The position numbers and the translations under genes are program-made. A stretch of DNA of 64,000 nt. Origin: Eledone cirrhosa (Eukaryota). Location: positions 203,050,001 to 203,114,000 of the forward strand of contig OZ024743.1 in NCBI GenBank assembly GCA_964016885.1, read 5' to 3'. The notes beneath the pieces were generated by a model, which saw only the letters and a list, made by a program, of their open reading frames with translations, searched no databases and was not told where the DNA came from. Positions within the stretch are counted from its first letter, which is position 1; each line of letters opens with the position of its first letter. Shown piece after piece: positions 54,135-64,000 of this stretch.

Positions 54135-55565
54135 TTAAACCATATTTAATGCTGGTCTATATTTTTGAATAAACATATTTTCCTTATTTATTCGTATTTG
54201 TTCTGTTGTATTGTTAGCGCAAAGGTAAAATGGGAAGACTTGGAATTTGGGTGTCTTATTACTTGCGCAAATGATTAGATGTGCACTTAGTGGTACCTGT
54301 CTCGTGGTTGGATCTCGTAATTGTTGGCGATGAACTGTCATTCTGTTTCTGAGTGTGATTTTAGTGCATCCTTTACATTTAATGGCATAAACTAGATTTT
54401 TTGATGAGCAAGTGAAGTGATTTTTTACAGTAAAATTTTGTCCTGGTTTAAATGTATACGTGTTGCCTTCAATGAGGTGAGTGCAGGTTCCTCAATTAGA
54501 GCGACCACATTTTTTGATACTTGGTTGTGGGTTTGTGTAGGTAATTTGGCATTGGTGAGTAATGTTTTCAGTGATTTTGGTTGTCTTTTGCTTTTGATTA
54601 TTTTGTGTGTTTCAAGGGCTTTTTTCATTCTTGGGTATTGTTTTAGTAGTGGGATGTTCTTGTGAATAGTGTTGTAAGCTTCCGCATTTCTTGGGTTGTG
54701 TGTTGAGATATATGATAGAATATTGGACTACCTTGAATTTGTTTCTGTTTCCGTAATTCATCAATGCCTATTGCTTTAGCCCTTTATATTCCATTATTTA
54801 TTAGTAATAGTGGGTACTCTCTCTCGAGTAGAATTTCCTTTAATTCTTGAAGTCTTTTATTTCGCGTTTCATAATTGGAGACAATTGTGCAAATTCTTCT
54901 TGCTAGGTTAAAAGGAATGTTCGTCTTCATGTGCTTTGGATGGTTGGAGGTGAATAGCAGATATTGTTTGGAATCTGTTGGTTTGTAGTGTATGTCAGTT
55001 TCGATATTTATGTCTTTTTTTAAGATTCAGATGTCCAGAAATGGGAGTTGATCTTGGCTGTATTCCATTGTGAATTGGATGTGGTTATTGATGCCGTTTA
55101 TTAAGTTTTTGAAATCCTTCAGTTGGTCGAGTGTGTGGGACCAAAGAATGAGGCAATCATCCAAGTAGCGTTTCCAATTCTCTGATAAATATTTGTGGAA
55201 GTTCAATCCGTATTTTGATTTGGACTGTTCATATATCTGGACTTCTAAGTATGCCATGACTAAGTTGGCATAAGTTGGAGCGGATTTTGTACCCATCGCA
55301 GTCCCCGATATTTGCTTGTAAGTACTGCCATCGAAATCAAAAAGGTTGTTCTGTAAGATGAATTTTAATCCCTCGGTGATGAAGCTTTTTTCTATTCTGT
55401 CAGGTATCTCATTGGGATATTTCTCTAGCCAGAATCCTATTGCTTCTAGTCCGTATTGGTGTGGGATCGTAGTGTAGAGATTCACTACATCGAAAGACAC
55501 AATAATAGTGTCGTTGTTGCCATGTTTGGGGAGGTCGTTTAAGAGGTCTAGATCGTCTCTTACAA
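54135..55565 (-). pseudogene. PLE RT-linker-GIY-YIG ORF, disrupted
   Basis: Manual translation: …TDIHYKPTDSKQYL…IPFNLARRICTIV…SKRQPKSLK…KCGRSN*GTC…CSSKNLVYAIKCKGC…VHRQQ…FPFY; stops, frameshifts, YIG motif deleted. Confidence 0.92.
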
Positions 55566-56324
55566 TCCCATTTCTCTTGACCACTATCTTTCCCTTGTCA
55601 TAACATTCTCTATAAAGGCTACAGAATAGATTTCCAAATAAGGGCGCGAAAATGTAATGAAAACTTGTTCACGTGACAGCCAAATTTAATTTATGACCAA
55701 TCAAATCACGTTTATTAAAAAAAAGCCTTCGTGAGCCACCTTTTTTTAAAGTAAAGATATTCAAACACACACACACACAACACACACACACAGACGCACA
55801 CACACACAAGCACACAAATAAACATACATATCTTTACATTCTTTATTCAATAGAAAATCTGAATTCTGACACCCCAGCGAACTAACCATATTCACTGAAC
55901 CAGAACAATTCTCCCATCCCTTTCTCTTGACCATTATCTTTCACTTATCATACAATTCTCTAAAAAGGCTACAGAAAGGATTTCCAAATAAGGGCACGAA
56001 AATTTAATGAAAACTTGTTCACGTGACAACCATAATTTCAATTATAACCAACCAAAAAAAAGCCTTTCTGAGCCCCTTTGTTCAAGTAAAAAGAAATTCA
56101 AACACTCATATATGAAAAAACAACCTGTGACAACCCCCCCCCCCCTCATATTTGAAGAACTATTGTAACGCGAACTGGCGCGAAATTTATAATAATTATT
56201 GACAAACCAATCAAATTACTTCTCGAAAAACCTGGCATTTCTAGCCACTTTTTCCATATAAAACAAGTAACATTCAGAGACCAACCAGATGTGAGAAAAA
56301 CCACAGGCTCTCCATCTCAACTCA

Positions 56325-56362
56325 CCTTTTGAAAAGCAGAAGAACTGCGAAACAGGTAAAGG
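56325..56362 (+). ncRNA. Minimal hammerhead, U3-A8 core
   Basis: cctt TTGAAAA gcag(aagaa)ctgc GAAAC ag GTA aagg. Confidence 0.78.
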
Positions 56363-56496
56363 AACCAAATAAATATATATATTTAAAAAAAAAATAAGAC
56401 TCCAGTTGCATTTTCGATTTCATCTCTTTTTCTTTATACACTTTCACTCGTGTAGGACACCTCGGTTATTTTTCAATTTGTAAAAAATACCTCACT

Positions 56497-56569
<73 letters not shown>

Positions 56570-56573
<4 letters not shown>

Positions 56574-56757
56574 TATACGGGTTGGATCGGAGGTAACCAC
56601 AGTAAGTAAGGTACTCAATACATAGCAGAGTATAAATGTTTTAATATAGATGAGGTTCTACAAGACTAGAACTGTTTCATTCTTTAGAAATCATCAGGAA
56701 TCTCCTGATGATTTCTAAAGAATGAAACAGTTCTAGTCCTGTAGAATCTCATCTATA
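56570..56757. mobile_element. PLE family D fold-back mini-insert
   Basis: About 55-bp inverted arms around 56700, each starting tcCTGATGA…GAAAC; the left arm has a 75-bp tail; (AT)n on both sides. Confidence 0.85.
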
Positions 56758-56769
56758 TATATATATATA

Positions 56770-57700
56770 CAATACATAAACAGAGAAAGCCTTAAGCGAT
56801 ACTCCGACCAACTCCATCTCACTCAACAAACATTAGGTTCTACCTAAGTATTTTCCTAATTTAGTGTTTGGGGTGCTAACTAATCAGTATTTCGTGGATA
56901 GCTGGTTGTATTATTTTATATGAGACATTATTAAATAAATATCTCTTTCCTTCCAGACGGCCGTTTCGTTAAAAGATTTCTACAATTTGGGATAAATAAT
57001 TTCCAGGTTATGTAGAAACTTGTATATTATCCATAGTTTTATACACAAGCGCACACTTATAAACTCATCAGTGGATGCCCAAATAATATCGATATAAGTA
57101 TTATATCGACATTAATAGAATGGTGATGGTCTCCCTCAGCGCTAAGAAGAGACTGGTAGATTAGAAAATCCAGCAGTCCTCCCAAAGATAAAATACACGC
57201 TGTCCCCAGATGGGTAAAGGGAGGTCATCTTAAAATAAAACAATATACACGCTGGTCATTTAAACCTGTTAGGTATTAACTATGTGTATAAGAACTCAAT
57301 TGGATATTAAAAGAATAACTATATGTATACACAACCAATGCACACTTAGAGATATTAAAACATAATAAATACATGTATGGATCACCCATATACACACATA
57401 GCTATTCTCTAAGGCTAAATCAGACATGGGATACAAGGAAGATCAATCAGTATTTCATATAAAAAATAATAATTGGAAATCATATCAGGCCACCAAGAGT
57501 ATATATTCAATACATAAACAGACCAACTCCATCTCCGACCAACTCCATCTCACTCAACAAACGTTAGGATATACCTAAGTATTTTACCAATTTAGTGTTT
57601 GGGGTGCTAACTAACCAGTATTTCGTGGATAGCTGGTTGTATTGTTTTATATGAGACATTATTAAATAAATATCTCTTTCCTTCCAGACGGCCGTTTCGT

Positions 57701-57701
<1 letters not shown>
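56770..57701 (-). mobile_element. Non-coding HHR partial tandem (unit ~731 bp), diverged relative of 50746-51684
   Basis: Direct repeats 56770-56971 and 57508-57702; shares ordered blocks with the 696-bp unit. Confidence 0.85.
56952..57075 (-). ncRNA. Hammerhead ribozyme with ~90-nt stem II insertion
   Basis: tcca CTGATGA gtt…aac GAAAC ggcc GTC tgga; intact core, ACGGCCGU palindrome. Confidence 0.82.
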
Positions 57702-58023
<322 letters not shown>

Positions 58024-58174
58024 CGGCAAACTATTATTTGCAAATCTCAATCGATTACATTGAAAATATAAGTAAATTGAGATTTACATTATATACTTTT
58101 TGATGGGCTAAAATTGTTTGTGAATTTTCCATTGAAGAATGAAAATGATATACATAAATACGATCATACATCCC

Positions 58175-58257
<83 letters not shown>

Positions 58258-58341
58258 AATAGAGAAAGAGACATAGGTATGTATGTGCGTTTCTGTGTGT
58301 CTGTATAGCGTGTGCGTGTGTTTATAAATAAATATATATAT

Positions 58342-58431
<90 letters not shown>

Positions 58432-59277
58432 GTGGGGGGTCTGTGCGTGTGCGTATGTGTGAGTGGGTGTGTATTGAAACATATTTGCATATTAAAGGAA
58501 TAACGTTAAGCGGCAAAATAGCTATAAAATCTTACTTTAATGCTAGAAATAGTGAAAGGAAACAACATAATCGAAATAACGACGATAAAATGATCTTTCA
58601 AAATACTGTACAAATTAGTTTCTATCCTCTTAGGAACACAAATATATTGAATCTTTATTTAATTCTGGTAAATCTGGCGCGCTAAGTTAATACTACATTG
58701 CCATATATTGATGACCTTTCTATATCCAGAACAGACACGGTCTTCAATTGAAAGCATTGGTTCTTTCTTTACCCTTGGGATAATGCATTTTGAAACAGCA
58801 TCTAATATATAAATTTATTTCCAATCATGATTCGTGTATCTTCCATTATTTGTATGTCATTTAAAGTTAGTAACATTTACATTGAAATATTTAACATAGT
58901 AGTTTTCTTTCAATCATTTCGGGGCCATCGTTTTTAGTCTGTAAAGCAACTCTTATTAGATTCATTAGCATGAAAATCTGGTTACAAAGAGACTACAATA
59001 AGGTTTACCATAGTTGGAAACATTTTAGTAATCGATTGGATTTACATGATCATACCTATTCAAACGTCATACATAAATAAATATGTACATACATGCATAC
59101 ATGCACGTATGCATACATACATAAGAACATACATTCCTACGTAAGTACATATTTATAGGCATATATATATATGTATATACATAAATACTTACATACCTGC
59201 ATATATACTTACATACATACTTACATACATACATGCATACATACGTATATACATACATACATATATACATACATACA

Positions 59278-59619
59278 AGATGGCTGCAAACTCTGGTAAG
59301 AGTACTACAATTGCTTGGAGGATTATAGAGTTTGGTACACTTTTAGGCTACGGCCAGCCACACAAACCTGTAACATATCCTGAACAAGCCATGCCTGTGC
59401 TTTGAAGGTTTTTAAGTGGGTAAAGGCCTTGCACTCCACCAGTCCCACTCTCTGAGCATCGAAAACACTACCTCAAAAGGATAATAGGTCAAGATCATCG
59501 GATGCTTCCGAAGCCGCAGGTTTTGTTTTTCAGTTCCCCTCTCCTAGAAAGGTGTCGTGACAACAACTGGGGCCTTTCACTCCCAGGTGGAAAAAAAAGT
59601 ACTATTTGGATGGCCGTTG
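59278..59619 (-). mobile_element. Dispersed repeat resembling an RTE-clade 5' region
   Basis: ctgggagtgaa…ctaggagaggggaact…aaacctgc…gctcagagagtggg; relative at 62540-62810; lies within (CATA)n. Confidence 0.55.
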
Positions 59620-61736
59620 ACATACATACATACATACATACATACATACATACATACATACATACATACATACATTCTCGCTACTACTGTGTAAAATGTA
59701 GCGGACTAACTTTACCATAATGCGACTGATTTTAAAAGCATGTCAATACAGAATTATTACAGACATAACAGTCTTTTGAAAGGGTACGTATCTTGTAATA
59801 ATAGATACGGACGAAATGTATTTTGACTGTCAAGCCGTTACATTTACTTCTGGTAAAAAGGTTTTCAGACAAGGAAATGGTATTTTTAATTTAATTTAAT
59901 TCAATTTTAATTTAATGTGAAAGGGAAAAGTCGTTTTGTTGACAAGGAAACTTATATTGTTCTGTTAATGCGAGAAATTCTTCGACAAAAGGGTCTTCAA
60001 GAAGAGAAAGTCGAATGCTGTTGATATGAAGCCCATGTATTTCTTGGTATAACTTCCAGGCATAATGATTTCATATTTTAAGAGGTATGTAAAATGTTGT
60101 GTGAATGAGACCTTGGTTGCTATGTTTAGCTACTAGAGTGACAATGTAATTATTTCCTGCTTGGCTTAAGGTACTTAGTCGTATACTTGGGCAATTTCTT
60201 TTTCCGCTGTCTCAGAGAGAAAGATTGGAATGCTACATAGAGCATTCAACTTAGACTTTTCACTCTAAAGCTTTGTATTGGCTATACGTGTTAAAAAGAT
60301 AAGGTGTGATATTGAGATATTAATACATTTGTTATATTAATAGAGTTGATTATGTGTCCAAATGTTATAAGAGGTCAGATTTGGCTTTTATCCTTTCGTG
60401 TTCAATAAGTAAACTACCGCTCCTGTGCATTGGATTGGCAGAATTGGTGGACATTCGGTCTAGATATCCCTGCAGTAAGTGTGCCAGTTCTTTGCATTTT
60501 GACAGTACCTCCTGACCCGACATTTGTGCCAAGCTGTATCAATTTAGTACGGAGGAATATTGCGGAATACCATTAAGTGGCATCACTTTGTCGTTTTCTC
60601 CAGTTAAAAATGTTACAGACGCACCCCTTTCATCTCTAACAAATGTACAAATAAAGATCAAGTCAAATATTCTTTTCTCAGTTTTTCAGCTGATTTATTT
60701 TGATTGATAAAACACTTTCAGATTAGTGTTGACCCTAACACTTACCCTAACCCTATCCCTAAACCTACACTTAACTTTAATTTGATTGAAATATAATCCA
60801 GACTACCGAATTTTCCTTTAGTTGGTTGGAACAACATATGTTCGAATAATGAGGCAGTAATCGAGAAATGGTTGGATAACATGCTTCAAACGATATCATC
60901 TTTTAATTTCCTCCGTTCGAGACCAATAAAAAAAGAAAAAGGATCAGTACTGCAACCGACGCTCTCTCTCTTTCTCTCTCTCAGTATATTCCTTCTCTCT
61001 CACTCATTCTCTCTCTCCAGTCGAAAATGTCTACGTTCAGTCAGACCCGGAGAGAGTTGGGCTCCGCCAAATTCAAATGCCCGATACACGCTACCAGACT
61101 ATCTGGACATTCAGGCTAAAACCAAACTAGAAAGGAACTTCGAAGAAACAACAGAGGGAAATAATTTCATTGTTCAACAATGAAATAAGATTCTATCACT
61201 AATATATATGGATAATTAATGGGTTCCAGAAAAAAATGCCATTTTAAGTTTAAGAGATTATTTAAATGGCAGTTAATAAATATCACTGTCACAAAATCAA
61301 AATGGCCGAAATATATTTAGATTAAGATTTAAAGCTATCAATTTTAACATGAAATCAATATTAAAATGATATCCATTAAACCAGCTATTTTGAATGTAAA
61401 TCTGATGGATTTTCTATTTCAAATACGGAACAAATTGATATGAAAAAAGAAATAAAATAGCGCTTATTGTATTTTTTGACAAACAATTGTTTCGAATAAA
61501 TTTTCTAAATGGTTTGTACGTGCTGGAATCATTAAGGTTTAAATGGAGAAAATAACACGTTTTTATTATAACATTCCTGTAGATAAGAGAAGGAAATTGT
61601 AATTTATAAAGTGGAAACAAAGTAAACACAGACCGATATTATATATCAAATTAATTAAAACCCTAATCACTAAGTCAAGCCAAACTTTCAGCGCACTGAG
61701 ACTATTGGTGGTATTAAAATATCTTCTGCTCTCTCA

Positions 61737-61840
<104 letters not shown>

Positions 61841-61981
61841 GATTCTCTTACACTCTAACTCTTTCTCTCTCTCTTCCTCTCGCATGCTCAAAGCTATATA
61901 CTCATACACACACATTGAAATAGATATAAATATATATAATAGACATACATGATTTATACACATATATATTCGTATGCGGCC

Positions 61982-62034
<53 letters not shown>

Positions 62035-62041
<7 letters not shown>

Positions 62042-62242
62042 AGATTCAGGACAACGACGGTTGAAGTCCGGCCGTTTCGACAGCTATATTCGAACGCATA
62101 CATGTTCGGACATAGCTATCGAAACGGCCGGAGGTCAGCCGTCGGAGCCTGAATCTTTTCATATTACTCACTCTACTTCCTCAAGTATCGAGTACTCTAG
62201 TGAATTATGGTCAACCCTGTTATTTTACCACACCCTATCTGT

Positions 62243-62245
<3 letters not shown>
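62035..62245. mobile_element. PLE family A-related fold-back mini-insert
   Basis: Inverted arms with GAAAC ggc…gcc GTC; right arm with an 80-bp tail; (AT)n on both sides. Confidence 0.85.
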
Positions 62246-62278
<33 letters not shown>

Positions 62279-62450
62279 TCACTGATATAAATAATCGAAA
62301 GTATATTTATAAAACCATATTTATTCTATTATATATGTTTCAAGGGTACCAACATTTTGGTACGCTCTCACCAGATAAAATACAAAGTTGGTTTTATAAA
62401 TATTGACATATCCAGGGAGGAGGTCTTAACGGTTCAGGTTTTTCCCAATT
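62279..62450 (-). mobile_element. PLE-like 3' end with degenerate HHR (62324-62380)
   Basis: Homologous to the arms of 63740-63996; core CTGGTGA. Confidence 0.7.
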
Positions 62451-62471
62451 ATTTCTACACACACACAAAAA

Positions 62472-62517
<46 letters not shown>

Positions 62518-62539
62518 TGTTTTTGTGTGTGTGTGTGCG

Positions 62540-62810
62540 GGGACAGAAATAATTAGGCTGGATACCCGATCGCGCAGTTAAACCACTGGGAGTGAAGGAC
62601 CCCTATCCTTAGTCATGGCATTCTTCTAGGAGAAGGCAACTCAGGAAACTGGGATAACCCCTACATAAACCTGCAGCTTAGTAGTTACCGATGATGTTGA
62701 TCTTTTCTTCTTTTCGGGCTATAGCTACTGTCGCTCAGAGAGTGGGGTTGGCTCAGTGCACAGTCTTTCCGCACTTTAAAAAAGATTTTCGCTCACAGGC
62801 AGTGCACAAT
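62540..62810 (+). mobile_element. Dispersed repeat resembling an RTE-clade 5' region
   Basis: ctgggagtgaagg…ctaggagaaggcaactc…aaacctgc…gctcagagagtggg. Confidence 0.55.
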
Positions 62811-63569
62811 AGAATTAATAATAATTATTAATAATGGTATATCGTGCAATAGCCATACTCGGAGGTTTGAAAAAGGAATAAGGAAAACAGTGGTCAATCG
62901 GGAAGAAAGCCGATATATCTTATCATATAGGTATGTTCATATGCAGTACAAAACCACCACCTAATGTTTCAAGGCCCAATATTGAGCCTTTCCCCAGATG
63001 ATTCTAAGTGCGATCAAAATTGAAACCTCATCTTCAGGCGCATAAACGAATTTTTAATAAACCGTTAAATGTATAGAGTGATAAAGATCTAGTTTCGGAA
63101 AAGCATATAAGAATGAGCAATGACTCCATGATGTAAATTTGAAATAGCTATATTGTACACGTGTAAGTATACGTGTGAAGTAGAGTAGTATAGGTGTACT
63201 GTATTATGTAAGTATTGAAATAGGAAGAGAGAAAAAAGATATTGATAAAATATATAAATCAAATTAAATGGTTGAAATCAGTTGAATTTGTTGAGTATTT
63301 GTACTTAGCAATCCGGTTGCTTTTGAGATGGAGGCATCCTTTGAAATTTCGTTATTTGGATTCAAGTAATTATGTTCGGAGACGAGAAACCTTGTAATAT
63401 TTTAAATTTCTTATTAAAACAGAGACGACTTCTCTGGAAAACATGTCTTTACGCTTGTGTTTCTCTTACATTTTCTATATAATACAGACACACACACACA
63501 CACACATACACACACCCACACACCCATACACACACACACACACCCACACACCATACACACACACACACA

Positions 63570-63662
<93 letters not shown>

Positions 63663-63675
63663 ATATATATATATA

Positions 63676-64000
63676 AGCAATGGGATATTTAATTTGTTGG
63701 TAATTCAACAAATATATATATTTATAAAACCGTAATTATTATATTATATATATTTCAAGGGTACCAAAACTTTGGTATGCACTCATCAGATAAAATACAA
63801 AGTTTGTTTTATAAATATTGACATATCCAGGAATGAGACCTTAACAGTCCAAGTTTCAACTGACTATCCAGTTGTAACTTGAACTGTTAAGGTCTCATTC
63901 CTGGATATGTCAATATTTATAAAACAAAAATTCTATTTATTTTATCTGATGAGTGCGTCCGAAAGTTTTGGTACCCTTGAAATATATATAATAGAATAAC
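63676..64000. mobile_element. PLE-like fold-back with an HHR in each arm (63740-63795 minus; 63940-63996 plus)
   Basis: About 120-bp inverted arms centred near 63865; ttttat CTGATGA g…t GAAAT atat ATA atagaa. Confidence 0.78.

Larger units (their letters stand above)
52807..56500 (-). mobile_element. Naiad-like PLE, 5'-truncated, with long inverted pLTR (52807-53600 vs 55565-56432)
   Basis: RT motifs SFDVVNLYTTIP, QISGTAMGT, WKRYLDDC, FLDI; Zn linker; GIY-YIG remnant; HHRs at 52878-52915 (-) and 56325-56362 (+). Confidence 0.9.

Noticed and set aside
60732-60776. Telomere-like (CCCTAA)n
   Set aside because: Only a few degenerate units; too weak for a call.

Overview
AT-rich, microsatellite-dense eukaryotic DNA with no host exon I can support. 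The SINE and LINE content resembles octopod cephalopod genomes (inference). The window is built almost entirely from decayed mobile elements: (i) three Tx1/L1-clade LINE copies on the minus strand, with junctions in (GATA)n; (ii) many Penelope-like elements (PLEs), including RT/GIY-YIG relics, non-coding partial-tandem units and ~100-bp mini-inserts, nearly all embedded in (AT)n; (iii) tRNA-derived SINEs, mariner/Tc1 relics, CR1-like and RTE-like fragments. Manual reading finds about 20 type-I hammerhead ribozyme (HHR) motifs or remnants from roughly ten families, and three families use a compensated U3-A8 core. The most striking unexplained signal is a shared end architecture across PLE families that are otherwise dissimilar. 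One arm carries a 65-85 nt tail, the inverted arm stops at a TA just before that tail, and the tail opens with a covarying ACTC-stem-loop-bulge-GAGT hairpin. All alignments, folds and coordinates were done by eye; boundaries may be off by a few bases and clade names need database confirmation.
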